Part shown: piece by piece, positions 38,533 to 49,860 of the stretch | Position numbering within the stretch: position 1 is the first letter of the stretch | Layout: each line of letters begins with the position of its first letter | Assembly: GCA_965213925.1 (NCBI GenBank) | Contig: OZ243927.1 | Location: 448,001 to 512,000 of the forward strand | Origin: Trueperaceae bacterium | Lineage (GTDB): Bacteria; Deinococcota; Deinococci; Deinococcales; Trueperaceae | Direction of reading: 5' to 3' | DNA: 64,000 nt | Program-made: the position numbers and the translations under genes | Notes under the pieces: model-generated | The model's database searches: none | What the model was told of the DNA's origin: nothing | What the model saw: the letters and a program-made list of their open reading frames with translations, nothing else

Positions 38533-38646
38533 GACTAAACAGTAGCTGCCGCAGTTTATAGAGGGCGAAGGGAGACGGATGTTTTCCTTCGCTCTTTTCT
38601 TTTTTGAGGCTCGAGGCGAGAGAGATTGTGAGACTCGAGGACAAAG

Positions 38647-39039
38647 GTGACTCGAATAGAAAGAGCGCGTGTAACTGACACCGCTGAACAACAGGTCATG
38701 ACGACTGAAAGGCGCTGGGTGCAAGCCCACCGAGACCTCAACACTGCCGATATCGAGTTCCTTTTAGACGAGGACTATAAGCGCGTCGAAGGGTCTAAGG
38801 TCGTGAGCAAGGGAAACGTTGTGGCGTCTTACAAATCGGGTCACAGACGTTGGGAAGTTGCCGAAGGAAGCGACTACTCGGTTCAGGTATTTGATGGCTT
38901 CGCAGTCGTCGTAGGCGTGTGGCGCGGAGTCGGCGTCAACCACGACGAGCGGTTCGATTACCGCGCACGCTTTTTAAGCCTCTACGTCAAGCGCCAAGAG
39001 GGTTGGAAACTCTACCGAGACGAAGTGTTTGAACTCTGA
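38647..39039 (+). CDS. NTF2-like DUF4440 protein (start may be ATG 38698)
   Basis: E..W..A....D...LL.EDY, AVV.G, RF..LYVKR..GWK. Confidence 0.7.
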   Translation: MTRIERARVTDTAEQQVMTTERRWVQAHRDLNTADIEFLLDEDYKRVEGSKVVSKGNVVASYKSGHRRWEVAEGSDYSVQVFDGFAVVVGVWRGVGVNHDERFDYRARFLSLYVKRQEGWKLYRDEVFEL

Positions 39040-39152
39040 TTGAGATGGGGGAGGTTTTGGGGCTCGAGTGCGAGAGCTTTGCCGAGAAAAAGAACTAAAA
39101 AGGAATGAATACCCTCGGTTTCCTCGAACTCATAAGTTTTTAGAATATCAAC

Positions 39153-39248
39153 TATAGCAGGTATCATCTGGTTTGAGCCAATCTCACGTGGTAGAACACC
39201 CTCTAGCACGCACATTCGGTGATGATATCTGCGTGATTCAAGCTCAGT
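39153..39248 (-). repeat. 96-bp dispersed stem-loop repeat, family B, copy 2
   Basis: Reverse complement of 31789-31884; internal IR GCAGGTATCATC/GATGATATCTGC. Confidence 0.8.
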
Positions 39249-39297
39249 AGTTGTGATAATTGCTCAACTCGAGGTAACGGCATGTTATTAGATGATA

Positions 39298-40664
<1,367 letters not shown>

Positions 40665-40708
40665 CCTTCGGCTAGTGGGAGCGTATGCGACTGTACTGCG
40701 TAACCAGC

Positions 40709-41440
40709 TCAACTGAATTGCTCATCGCTGTCTTTACCTAATCGCTCAACTATAGAAGGCTCAGAGAGATTTTCATTATTCACTATAACTGTCGCGTACT
40801 CCTTCGGCTTACACGCCCGCAGATACAACGTTTGTCCCTCTACATAGCGGCGATTTTCAGGCGCGTGCGGGTCAGGCGAGCCTTCACCTCTTTGCGCACC
40901 TCTCGGGATAGACGTTGCAAAGTCAACCTCCAAAAAGATGGAGAAGTCCCAGTAATCCCTAAGCTCAGGGCGGTGCAAGAAGATACCGTCTACGATGAGG
41001 ATGGCGTTGGGCGCGGCTCGCTCCTCCGGCATCTCAACCGGTAAGTCTGAGCGGTGGTCAAAAACGGCGGTGCGGTAGCGCCCCATGCCCCCCGGACTGA
41101 GCGGGTCTAGGAGGGCAGCTTTGAGTGCAGGATAGTCGTAAGAATCGCGGAAGAAACCTTCGGGTGAGTCTTTTCCGAGACGGTAGCGTGTAGATTTGGG
41201 ATGGTGAAAGCCGTCCACTGAAGCGGTGATAAGAGGTCTACCGGATGCGCTCAAAACCTGCGCTAGCTCTCCACTAAAGGTCGTCTTACCCGCGCCGTCC
41301 ACACCGTCGATGCCGATTTTGAGGGTGCGATCTGTAGGCAACGCTAAAATTCTAGCGGCGAGACTCTGAAGAAGGTCTGAGCGTGTTGAGGCGGGGTTGG
41401 CTCGAGCGTTCATCACCTCAAGCTTATCAAGCTTTACCAC
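40709..41440 (-). CDS. Uridine kinase-like P-loop kinase (start may be ATG 41413)
   Basis: GIDGVDGAGKTT, SVDGFH, IVDGIFL.RPEL. Confidence 0.82.
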   Translation of the reverse strand: MVKLDKLEVMNARANPASTRSDLLQSLAARILALPTDRTLKIGIDGVDGAGKTTFSGELAQVLSASGRPLITASVDGFHHPKSTRYRLGKDSPEGFFRDSYDYPALKAALLDPLSPGGMGRYRTAVFDHRSDLPVEMPEERAAPNAILIVDGIFLHRPELRDYWDFSIFLEVDFATSIPRGAQRGEGSPDPHAPENRRYVEGQTLYLRACKPKEYATVIVNNENLSEPSIVERLGKDSDEQFS

Positions 41441-41504
41441 TTCCGCGTCTAAGAAACCTATTCTTCGTCACTTAATCTAGGCGGCGAAGCGTGATATTTT
41501 TGGA

Positions 41505-42209
41505 GTGGAGGCTAACGTGACCTTACGTACAATTTTGAGGTGCGTCGCGCTCGGTACGATCATCGGCGCGGGCGTAACTGCCTTTCAACCTGCTAAAGAG
41601 CTTGACATCGTACCAAAGGCAACCGTCAAGGTGAAACGATTTGTTAAACTTCATATGTCCCCTCGAGCGACCCTCAGGGATGAACCGCGCAGCTACACCT
41701 TCGAGCGGCACGGTCCTCCCGTGAAGCCGAGCTTCGTGCTGCGGGCGACAGGGTATAATTCGCTCGAGTCGCAAACCGACGACACGCCTTTTATCACCGC
41801 TATAGGCTCACGAACGCGCCCCGGCATCATCGCGATTAGCCGCGACCTCTTGGCGGGCAGCATCCCGTACGGTTCGCTCGTGCGCCTCAAAGATTTGGGC
41901 GGCTACTACGGCGGCGGCTACGGCAAGTTTCAAGACAAGCTGGACGCACAAGGGCTTTTTGTCGTCGAGGACACGCTCCATAGGCGCAAAACGCAACAAG
42001 TCGACGTGTGGTTCGAGTCGTACTACGAAGCGTTGCAGTGGGGTATCCGCAAGGTGGAAGTCGAACTCGTGCGGCATGGTTGGGACGGCGCAACGCTCGA
42101 CCATCCCGAGGTAGCGGCGATTTCGGTCGTTCCGGTGCTAAAAAATAGCAGGTCAGCAGGTCAGCAGGTCAGCCAGTTTCATTCTGAAGACTCCGTGACA
42201 GGTTTCTAG
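41505..42209 (+). CDS. 3D-domain (three-Asp) cell-wall protein
   Basis: ATGYNS...QTD.TPF.TA, IAISRDLL, VEDT, VDVW. Confidence 0.8.
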   Translation: MEANVTLRTILRCVALGTIIGAGVTAFQPAKELDIVPKATVKVKRFVKLHMSPRATLRDEPRSYTFERHGPPVKPSFVLRATGYNSLESQTDDTPFITAIGSRTRPGIIAISRDLLAGSIPYGSLVRLKDLGGYYGGGYGKFQDKLDAQGLFVVEDTLHRRKTQQVDVWFESYYEALQWGIRKVEVELVRHGWDGATLDHPEVAAISVVPVLKNSRSAGQQVSQFHSEDSVTGF

Positions 42210-42249
42210 TCTTTCCTGACCCGCTGAGATGCTGACTGGCTGACTAGCT
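42147..42249. repeat. (AGCAGGTC)x3 tandem repeat with a degenerate inverted counterpart
   Basis: 42147-42170 tandem 8-mers; CTGACCCGCTGAGATGCTGACTGGCTGACTAGCT at 42216-42249. Confidence 0.6.
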
Positions 42250-42277
42250 CTAAAAAATCCGCACGATAAACTGAACT

Positions 42278-43453
42278 GTGTTCCGCTTCGTTTCCTTTCT
42301 AGCCTACCGCCACATCCGCCGCCGCCCGTTGCAAAGCCTCCTTACAGTACTCGGTGTGGCGGTCGGCGTGATGGTTTTAGTCACGGCCCTCTCCCTCACG
42401 AACGGCTTTATCGACGAACTCATCCGCAGCACGCTCAAGGCGACGCCGCATGTGACGCTTCAAAGCTATGACGGCGAGCGTTTGCCCGACGACCCCGCTG
42501 TTTTAGAGGCCATCGGTGAATTCGACAACGTCGAAGCGGTCAGCCCCTTCCTCTACACGCAGGCGCTCATCGCGCGGCGGGCGGACGCGCAACTCGGCAT
42601 AAGCGGGCGAAACGGTTACACACAGATTTTAGGCATCGACCCCGAGTTGGAGCAAGAGGTCTTAGATTTGGAGTCGTTGGAGGAGCAAGCGGCCGCCCTC
42701 TCGAGCGATGGCATCGTCCTAGGCGAAACGTTGGCGCGTCAGTTAGGCGTGTTCGCGGGCGATGAGGTGCAGATCGTCAACATCGATAGGAGCCGTCAAG
42801 CCTTCGACGTCGCAGGCACCTTCCGCGTCAACAACGAACTCATCGACAGCGTGACCTCGTTCGCGTCCATCCCCAACTTGCAAGATTATCTGCGAGCGGA
42901 AGGCGAAATCACGGGCTACCACGTGCGCGTGACCGACCCCGAAGCCGCCACCGAGATAGGTCAAGCTTTAAGCCGCGAGACAGGGCTCCTTGCGGTACCT
43001 TGGCAGAACCTCTTCGGCGGTCTGATCGACCAGCTCAACTTACAAAAAGCGCTCATCGGTGTGGTCGTCTTTCTCATCGTCATCGTCGCGGCGATGGGGA
43101 TTGCGAATATCCTCATCTTGACGGTTTCTGAAAAGACTGAGGAAATTGCGATTTTGCGGGCGCTCGGCGCGTCACAGCGGCAGATCGTCTCGGTGTTCAC
43201 CTTAGAGGGTCTTCTCTTGGGCGGCGGTGGCACGCTCCTCGGGGCGCTTTTGGGCTTAGGTTTGTCACTCTACTTCAAGTTTCAGCCCTACCCGCTACCC
43301 GGCGACCTCTACTTCATCACGCAGCTACCCGTCGAGTTACAAGCCTGGGACTTTATCTGGGTCTGTGCGCTCTCTATTGCGACGAGCGTGATGGCGGGGG
43401 TGATTCCGGCGCGGCGGGCGAGTGGGCTGGACCCGGCGGAGGTGTTGCGCTAG
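42278..43453 (+). CDS. LolC/E-family ABC transporter permease
   Basis: GVAVGVMVL..LS..NGF, EK..EIAILRALGAS, PARRAS.LDPAEVLR. Confidence 0.88.
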   Translation: MFRFVSFLAYRHIRRRPLQSLLTVLGVAVGVMVLVTALSLTNGFIDELIRSTLKATPHVTLQSYDGERLPDDPAVLEAIGEFDNVEAVSPFLYTQALIARRADAQLGISGRNGYTQILGIDPELEQEVLDLESLEEQAAALSSDGIVLGETLARQLGVFAGDEVQIVNIDRSRQAFDVAGTFRVNNELIDSVTSFASIPNLQDYLRAEGEITGYHVRVTDPEAATEIGQALSRETGLLAVPWQNLFGGLIDQLNLQKALIGVVVFLIVIVAAMGIANILILTVSEKTEEIAILRALGASQRQIVSVFTLEGLLLGGGGTLLGALLGLGLSLYFKFQPYPLPGDLYFITQLPVELQAWDFIWVCALSIATSVMAGVIPARRASGLDPAEVLR

Positions 43454-43629
43454 TCCTCTTCGGGAATCTCGTTGGCGGGAATCCACACGGCTTTTCCGCC
43501 CCGCCATACGACGATAGGGTTGCCTGCTTGTTTGTGCTTGCGCCGGGCGTCTTTAGCAGCCTCGAGAAGTGCTTGCTCGAGAATCTTTGAGCGCTCATCA
43601 CTACTTAGAATTTCGTTCGTCTTATTCAT
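43450..43629 (-). CDS. 59-aa protein of the type usually encoded downstream of zeta-toxin-like ATPases
   Basis: Below the ORF-track cut-off. My translation: MNKTNEILSSDERSKILEQALLEAAKDARRKHKQAGNPIVVWRGGKAVWIPANEIPEED; GGAG RBS. Confidence 0.7.
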   Translation of the reverse strand: MNKTNEILSSDERSKILEQALLEAAKDARRKHKQAGNPIVVWRGGKAVWIPANEIPEED

Positions 43630-43786
43630 AGTTCTCCACTATCTTACTCCATAACAACATTTGACTAGCCACACCGCCAGATTCACTCGAAGCAATGAGC
43701 TTAGAATTTGCCCCCGCACTGTTGTAGAAATCCCAGCTATCAGCAAGAGGTTGGTACAGCCTGAAGAAGTTGCGCAGCCCGTACGC
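43622..43786 (-). pseudogene. 3' remnant of a zeta-toxin-like/AAA ATPase gene
   Basis: Frame reads YGLRNFFRLYQPLADSWDFYNS...LIA...WSKIVENYE*, overlapping the ATG of 43450-43629; the P-loop half is absent. Confidence 0.6.
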
Positions 43787-43818
43787 TAAGTTTAGCACCC
43801 GTTTTGTAAACTGTAGAG

Positions 43819-44163
43819 ATGAACAAGCGCCTACGCAAAAAGCTCCATAAGGGTGAGTTTAAGGAACTCGCCGTTGAATTCATTATCATCTTTCGAGGTG
43901 ACTTATTCACGCCAGAATATGAATCCTGTATGGATGACCTCTTCGGCTTCGCAAAAGCTCTTGGTGTGGAATTGGGCGGGAGCGAGTATCCAGAGGAGAA
44001 GCGGGTTGACCTCATAGGAAGTGCGCTCAAGGAGCGTGGTAGCGTCTCTCTAAAACAGCGCGAGAAGATACTGAACTGGCTCGAGGCTCATGAAGAAGTC
44101 ATCGAGGCAAGAGGTAGCCAGCTCTTCGACCTCTACTATCTGCCCAAGACCATTCCTTACTAA
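43819..44163 (+). CDS. YggL/DUF469 family protein
   Basis: MNKRLRKKLHKGEFKEL, GS...QRE.I..WL, L.DL.Y; TAAACT 6 nt upstream. Confidence 0.75.
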   Translation: MNKRLRKKLHKGEFKELAVEFIIIFRGDLFTPEYESCMDDLFGFAKALGVELGGSEYPEEKRVDLIGSALKERGSVSLKQREKILNWLEAHEEVIEARGSQLFDLYYLPKTIPY

Positions 44164-44218
44164 ACCGCTCGAGGTCAACCCACCTAGTACCTAGTACAAG
44201 ACTGAAATCATCTGTCCG

Positions 44219-47200
44219 CTAAAACCGCGCTAGGAACGCCTCGATGACCTCTTGGTCCGCCTCATCCAACCCGTAGACCTCATACACTAAGCTGTTGAGG
44301 TCTGCCTCGAGCTTTACAATCTCCCCACGCAACCTCTCAACCTCTTGTCGCCACTCGGACAGCGCCGCCACATAAGCCCGCTGCTCACGCTCTTTCTCGG
44401 GCACGTCAAGCGCCTCTAAATCCTCGCTCGCCAGCTTGCCCCGCACCGCCAAGACCTCTTCCACAAACGCCGCCAACGCAGGCGACAAGGTCATGCGTCC
44501 CTTTCCCACCTTGAGCACGACTTGTCCCGCCAAGTCGTGCTCGCTCGTTACCTTGTTTGCGCGAACCTCTTTAGGTAAGCCCGCTAATAGTCCCAACTGA
44601 GAAAGCGCCTCCAAGCCCGGCACGCTCCCCTCGCCTTGACGCACCTCCGTGAACGACGCCGGAAACGCCTCAATCTGCGCCTCCAGACCCCGCAGCCGCG
44701 CTGTTTTGTCGGTGAGGGTCTGGGCAAGGTCGGCGATGGTGGTTTGTTGGGTATCGGTGGCGGGTGGGATGGGGAGGTCTTTAATGAACTGGTCGCCGTA
44801 GGAGTAGAAGCCACCTGAGAAAACTGAAGCAGCGTGCTTGACGAAGAAGTCAGAGGCTTTCGAGGAGAAGACACCTGCGAAGAAGTAGGGATTGAGTTGG
44901 TCAACGAGCGAAAGACCGTAAGCGTTATGCGTTCCGCTACCCGCAAAAATTACTCCCAGATTATCTACTGTAATTTCGGGAGCCTTGGACGCTGTTTGGA
45001 GAAGTAACTTACCAACCTGTGTTGCCGAATCAAGATTCTGAGGTCTCGCTAAGTCGTACCACCGCCACTCCTCTCGCTTCTTTTTCTTATACCTTCCATT
45101 CTCACGCCTACGAAGGGAAGATTCCGAAACTTTGGTCGTAAGATACGACCAAAGTTTCGGAAATTTTTTTTCAATCCTCGGACTATCCTCTGGATAGCCT
45201 TGGAAAACGCGGTAGTTCTTGTTACCACGTGTCAGTTCGAAATCCCAATAGTCGGTACTCGGCATAAAGCGGTGAGCGCCCTCTTTTTTATCGAAAAAGT
45301 ACGGAAAGATGACCCACCATCCTTGCCAGCCGACGTACCAGCGTTCTACGTCTTTACCGAAAAGAAAGGGGCGGAGGGCTTCCTTTTCTACCCAGAATGG
45401 CTCGCCTCCTCCTCGAGGTTCGACGTAGAGTAAGCCTTTTTCTTCATCCTCCTCGAGTTGTTTAAGTACAAGAACGCCGTCAAGACCTGTGGCAATGCCC
45501 TGGAATCCTCCACTTTCCGTCGCCGTATAGTTCTTTAACCTCCTCTTCTTTTCTTCCGGCAACTTCGCCTTAATCGCCTCGTCTTGCGTCTCGCCTACCT
45601 TTTCCAGTTTCTCGAACACCTCACGCTCAGCGTCCGGCATTAAGTACCAGCCGTCTGGCGCTAGGGTGCGGCTCGGTTGGGTGAACACGTCAGCGTATTC
45701 GTGTTGCGCGGCGCAGAGGCGAGCGTGGTCTGCGCCGTTTGCGTATTCGCGGCGGAGCGCTTTGATGGCGGCAGCGGGGTGAACGGGGGCGGCTTTCGGG
45801 TAAAAGCGGGCGGTTCTAAAGGTATAGGGCTGCCCTTTAGGAGCATTCCTTTCGGCGACGAGGATAGCGGGATAGACCATCGCCTCTTTGAACAAACGGC
45901 TGGCTTGGTCCTCTTCGGGTGGGGCGAAGGTGGCGGCTTTGAAGTCGGTGATCGAGAGGACGCGGGCGACTCTGGGCAGCCCTTCGCGCAAACTAGCGGC
46001 GTAGTTGGTGTTGAGAAATCTGTTCGGCACGATGTAGCCGAGTTTGCCCCCTTGCTCTAGCCAGGGTCTGTCACCGTAGAGCACGCGCTCGATGAAGGGA
46101 ATGAAGATGTCGAAGTTACCCTTCGCCCAGATGTACTTGTCTGCCCAGTACTGCTTTTGAATCTCTGGGATGTTTTGCACCCGCACATAGGGCGGATTGC
46201 CGACTACCACGTCATACTTGAGGTAGTTCTTTAACACCAATCCGAGCGTGAGGTCTTCTAAGGTCTTCAAGAACCTGCCGTCGCCGTATTCGTCTTTGAG
46301 TATCTGGAGCTTGTCCCACACACCCTGGGTGTAGGGCGTAAGGTACTCGCTCAGCGCGTCCGGTGCGGGCTCGAAGAGGGCGAGTTCGTCGCGCAAAGAG
46401 GTGGCGAGGTCGGGCAGCGCGTCGCCACGGCGTCCGGCGTCGTAGGCTTGCGAGCGCTTTTCGACCGCTGCGAAGACGGATTGGAGGGCTAAGAGCCAGA
46501 GGCGTTCATTTTTAATCTTGCCGTTTTGTTTAGCGGCGTCCAAGCTCGGAAAGGTCACGCCGACGCGGAGCGGCTGACCTTTTTTGGCGGGGTCTTTGAT
46601 GGGCAGTTCGACGTAAGCGGTAATCTCTTCGCTGCCGAAGTTGAAGCCGACCTCTTGGCTGGTTCCCCGCAGGTTCTGCTTGACGCCTCTTTGCTGCTGC
46701 TCCCCCTCGACCACCTCTTGCCGCAGCGAATCGGTGCGCACAATCGGCAAGCGGCGCAGCACCAGTTCGGGGTTTTGCTGCACGGCTTTGGCGTAGAGCG
46801 GTACGAGCAGCGCGGCGGCGTTGATCTGCGCCATCATCACCGCGAAGGGGTTAATGTCGAAAGCGACCAGGCGAAACTCTTTGGTGATGCCGTCTAGCGT
46901 TTCGACGGGGTCGCGCTGCGCGTTCGCCTGCAAGTAGCGCTTGAGGGCGGTAATCAGAAAGGTGCCGCTGCCCGTCGCGGGGTCTAAGAGGCGTGTATTT
47001 TTGTCACCCGTGTAGCCGACCTCGTCCAAGATGAATTCCACGACCTCGGGCGGCGTGTAGAACTCGCCTAGCGCCTTGCGCGTCTCGGGGTCGAAGTAGC
47101 TCTGGTAGAGTTCACCTAAGAGGTCGCTCTCTAAACTCGCGAAGTCGAAGCGCAAGAGGCTCAGCACGGCGCGGCTCACGGCTAGGGCAAAGGTGCGTTG

Positions 47201-48232
47201 CGCCGTCTCGGATGCTCTGCCAAAGTCGCGCCACCAGTCGAAGAGGTCTTGGGCGTAGATGGAGGTGAAGAGCGAGGTAGCGTAGCGGTTAAAGAGGTTT
47301 TCCGTAACCGTGAGGTAGGCGGTCGGCGGAAGCTGTCCGGTGCGCTCACTCGCCCTACTGTCGAGGTCGCTGATGAACCTGTCGGCAATGTGCTTTGAGG
47401 AGATGCGTCCGTCCCGGTCGTGATCTTGAATCGCCTTGGCGAGAATGAGGCGGGCGGTGAGCAGGTAAGAGGTCTCGAGCGCGAAGGTAAAGCGGTAGAC
47501 GGTTTCCTTTTGCGTGTTCGGCAAAAAATCGCGCCAGATTTTGGGCACGTCGCCGCCACTTAGCTCGCGGGCGTAGGTCTTCTTCCAAAAGTCATACGCA
47601 CCGTCTACGAAGGGGCTCGAGCCTATGAGGTCGCCTAGCAGCGTTTGAGTGGTTCGTACCAGCTCACCGAACGGGCTTTCCGGGTTGAGGTCGAAGGCGT
47701 TTAGGAACTGTTCGGCAGGGAGGCTGCCAATGTCGGTGAGTTCTAGCCCCTCCTGCTTCGCCTCTTCCAAGCGGGTTTTGACCTGCGCGAAATCTGTAGC
47801 GTCGAGAATCTCTTTGCGGAAAGGCTCGAGGACGGCGGCGTCCTCCGATAAATCTTGAGAGGTCGCCTTAGCGATGAGGTCAAGCGCTTTACCGTTACGT
47901 TTATAAAGCCACACATTCACACCGTTGCTCAGCAGCCCGTAGCGGGCTTTGAGGTCGCGGACGTAGCGGAAGAGCTGGTCTTCGTGGTCGGCGAGGTTCT
48001 CGTCCGGTTTTTTGAGTTCGACAACGACTTGGATGCTCTCATCACTGTTTATGAGGCGCACGTCGGGGATACCACTCCTACCCTTGCGCTTGCCGAGGAT
48101 GTCCTTAGCCACCTGGGTATAGCCGAGCGCGATGTAAACCTCTTGGAACAGCCGCTCGATGTCATCCTCGTTCATGTTGCTGCGCAGGGCGGCGTGCATG
48201 GAGGCGAAGGCAGCTTGAAGCGCTTTACTCAC
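44219..48232 (-). CDS. Type IIG-like fused restriction endonuclease / N6-adenine methyltransferase / specificity protein
   Basis: N-terminal PD...ELK nuclease motif, LGEFYTP, LDPATGSGTFL, VVGNPPY, C-terminal TRD (IKDLPIP) and VYEVYGL tail. Confidence 0.9.
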   Translation of the reverse strand: MSKALQAAFASMHAALRSNMNEDDIERLFQEVYIALGYTQVAKDILGKRKGRSGIPDVRLINSDESIQVVVELKKPDENLADHEDQLFRYVRDLKARYGLLSNGVNVWLYKRNGKALDLIAKATSQDLSEDAAVLEPFRKEILDATDFAQVKTRLEEAKQEGLELTDIGSLPAEQFLNAFDLNPESPFGELVRTTQTLLGDLIGSSPFVDGAYDFWKKTYARELSGGDVPKIWRDFLPNTQKETVYRFTFALETSYLLTARLILAKAIQDHDRDGRISSKHIADRFISDLDSRASERTGQLPPTAYLTVTENLFNRYATSLFTSIYAQDLFDWWRDFGRASETAQRTFALAVSRAVLSLLRFDFASLESDLLGELYQSYFDPETRKALGEFYTPPEVVEFILDEVGYTGDKNTRLLDPATGSGTFLITALKRYLQANAQRDPVETLDGITKEFRLVAFDINPFAVMMAQINAAALLVPLYAKAVQQNPELVLRRLPIVRTDSLRQEVVEGEQQQRGVKQNLRGTSQEVGFNFGSEEITAYVELPIKDPAKKGQPLRVGVTFPSLDAAKQNGKIKNERLWLLALQSVFAAVEKRSQAYDAGRRGDALPDLATSLRDELALFEPAPDALSEYLTPYTQGVWDKLQILKDEYGDGRFLKTLEDLTLGLVLKNYLKYDVVVGNPPYVRVQNIPEIQKQYWADKYIWAKGNFDIFIPFIERVLYGDRPWLEQGGKLGYIVPNRFLNTNYAASLREGLPRVARVLSITDFKAATFAPPEEDQASRLFKEAMVYPAILVAERNAPKGQPYTFRTARFYPKAAPVHPAAAIKALRREYANGADHARLCAAQHEYADVFTQPSRTLAPDGWYLMPDAEREVFEKLEKVGETQDEAIKAKLPEEKKRRLKNYTATESGGFQGIATGLDGVLVLKQLEEDEEKGLLYVEPRGGGEPFWVEKEALRPFLFGKDVERWYVGWQGWWVIFPYFFDKKEGAHRFMPSTDYWDFELTRGNKNYRVFQGYPEDSPRIEKKFPKLWSYLTTKVSESSLRRRENGRYKKKKREEWRWYDLARPQNLDSATQVGKLLLQTASKAPEITVDNLGVIFAGSGTHNAYGLSLVDQLNPYFFAGVFSSKASDFFVKHAASVFSGGFYSYGDQFIKDLPIPPATDTQQTTIADLAQTLTDKTARLRGLEAQIEAFPASFTEVRQGEGSVPGLEALSQLGLLAGLPKEVRANKVTSEHDLAGQVVLKVGKGRMTLSPALAAFVEEVLAVRGKLASEDLEALDVPEKEREQRAYVAALSEWRQEVERLRGEIVKLEADLNSLVYEVYGLDEADQEVIEAFLARF

Positions 48233-48378
48233 GAACTATCCCGATTTGGAACATGCGACATGCTAACAGATACGTACACTTGCGGCGCGAAAAGTGAATT
48301 ATCTACGTTATTCTGCTGATAAATCAAGCGAAATCCGCCGCTCAAGCATTTGACAAGAAACCGCCCCTTCAACCACAC

Positions 48379-49851
48379 TTAGTCCTGTTCAGCCAAAGCT
48401 CGCCGCGCTTCTGCAACTTCATCCCAAGGAATGACCTCATCTTTGCGCTCCAAGGTCGCTTCGTGACCTTTGCCTGCTAAAAGAATGAGGTCGCCAGGTC
48501 GCGCCCCTTCGACAGCTTGGCGGATCGCTTTCTGGCGGTCGGGCTCGAGCCTCACCTCTCCCCCACCGACCTCTTGAGCACCCCTCATCATCTCCGCCAA
48601 AATTTCCTCAATCTCTTCGGAGCGCGAGTCCTCTTCGGTAAAAATCGCTATGTCGGCGTGTTGCGCGGCGGCGCGTCCGAGCGGCGCACGCTTGCCGGGG
48701 TCGCGCTCGCCCGCCGCACCGATCACGACGATGAGCCGCCCTTTCGTTTGCGGGCGAACCGCCTGTAGCGCTTTTTCTAAGGCGGGCGCGGTATGGGCGA
48801 AGTCTGCGACGACGGCGAAAGGCTGACTCTGAACGAGCTGCATCCGTCCGGGGACGCCGGGAAACGTCGCCAACCTCTCGAGCAACTCCTCCATCTCAAT
48901 ACCCGTTTGCTCTGCCGCCGCTAATGCTGCCAGCGCATTATGAACGTTGTAACGCCCGATCATTGGCAAGGTAGCGTCGTACCTCTTCCCCTTTGTCTCG
49001 AGCCTCCACCTCAGTCTCCCGGTTTCTTCTCGAACATTTGCCGCTCGGTAATCCGCTTCAGCTTCTATCTTGTAGCTTATGACCTCTTTGGATTCACCTG
49101 TGAAATACGAAAACTCGGGATCGTCCGCGTTCAAGATGCTTACCTTCGCGCGGCGCATCAAGGTGGCTTTGGCGTCGCGGTAAGCCTCGAACGTCTTGTG
49201 GTAGTCGAGATGTTCCGGTGAGAGGTTCGTCCACACGCCGAGGTTGTAACTGACCTCATCCAAGCGGTGCATCGCGAACCCGTGCGAACTCGACTCGATG
49301 ACGGCGTGCGAGCAGCCGCCACTACGAAACTGCGCGAGGAAACGCTGGACTTGCGGCGCTTCGGGCGTGGTGAAGTGACCGGATAGCTCGAGCCGCTTCT
49401 CCCCCAGCCTCACCCCAGCCGTAGACAGAAGTCCTGTTTTGTACTCCCCCGACAAGAGGTGATGGAGCAGATAAGAGGTCGTCGTCTTGCCGTCCGTGCC
49501 CGTGATGCCCAGTGTGAAAAGGGACTCAGACGGACGCCCATAAAACGCCGCCGCGAGCTTCGCCACCGCGATTTTGTCGTTCTGAACGTGGATGTGGGGG
49601 ACTTTTTCAGACCAAGAATAAGACTTGACCTCTTCATCCAACGCTTCTCCGACTACGGCAACCGCGCCTAATTCAACCGCTTTTTCCACGAACTGATACC
49701 CGTCAAATGCCGCGCCGCGCCGCGCGATGAATACGAAACCGGGTTGACTTACGTCCCTAGTGTCTTGGACGATGCCGCTTACTTCAAGATTCAAACTTCG
49801 CGAATCGGGTACAGCTAAGCCTGCTTCTCGTAAGAGATCGCTGAGGTTCAC
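48379..49851 (-). CDS. murE: UDP-MurNAc-tripeptide ligase MurE
   Basis: GITGTDGKTT, TTPEA, ESSSH, NLSPEHLDYH, VPGRM, DFAHT, AGKGHE. Confidence 0.93.
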   Translation of the reverse strand: MNLSDLLREAGLAVPDSRSLNLEVSGIVQDTRDVSQPGFVFIARRGAAFDGYQFVEKAVELGAVAVVGEALDEEVKSYSWSEKVPHIHVQNDKIAVAKLAAAFYGRPSESLFTLGITGTDGKTTTSYLLHHLLSGEYKTGLLSTAGVRLGEKRLELSGHFTTPEAPQVQRFLAQFRSGGCSHAVIESSSHGFAMHRLDEVSYNLGVWTNLSPEHLDYHKTFEAYRDAKATLMRRAKVSILNADDPEFSYFTGESKEVISYKIEAEADYRAANVREETGRLRWRLETKGKRYDATLPMIGRYNVHNALAALAAAEQTGIEMEELLERLATFPGVPGRMQLVQSQPFAVVADFAHTAPALEKALQAVRPQTKGRLIVVIGAAGERDPGKRAPLGRAAAQHADIAIFTEEDSRSEEIEEILAEMMRGAQEVGGGEVRLEPDRQKAIRQAVEGARPGDLILLAGKGHEATLERKDEVIPWDEVAEARRALAEQD

Positions 49852-49860
49852 CCCTCTACT

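Noticed and set aside
31828..39215. Small ORFs sharing IGSNQMI.AI (31828-32145, 39012-39215) and QNDM.HFLA.R.L (18062-18268, 35857-36087)
   Set aside because: The similarity is just translation of repeat families B and A, not a protein family.
44219..48232. BREX PglX or DISARM methylase
   Set aside because: It has its own N-terminal nuclease motif and no brx/pglZ/drm genes are adjacent.
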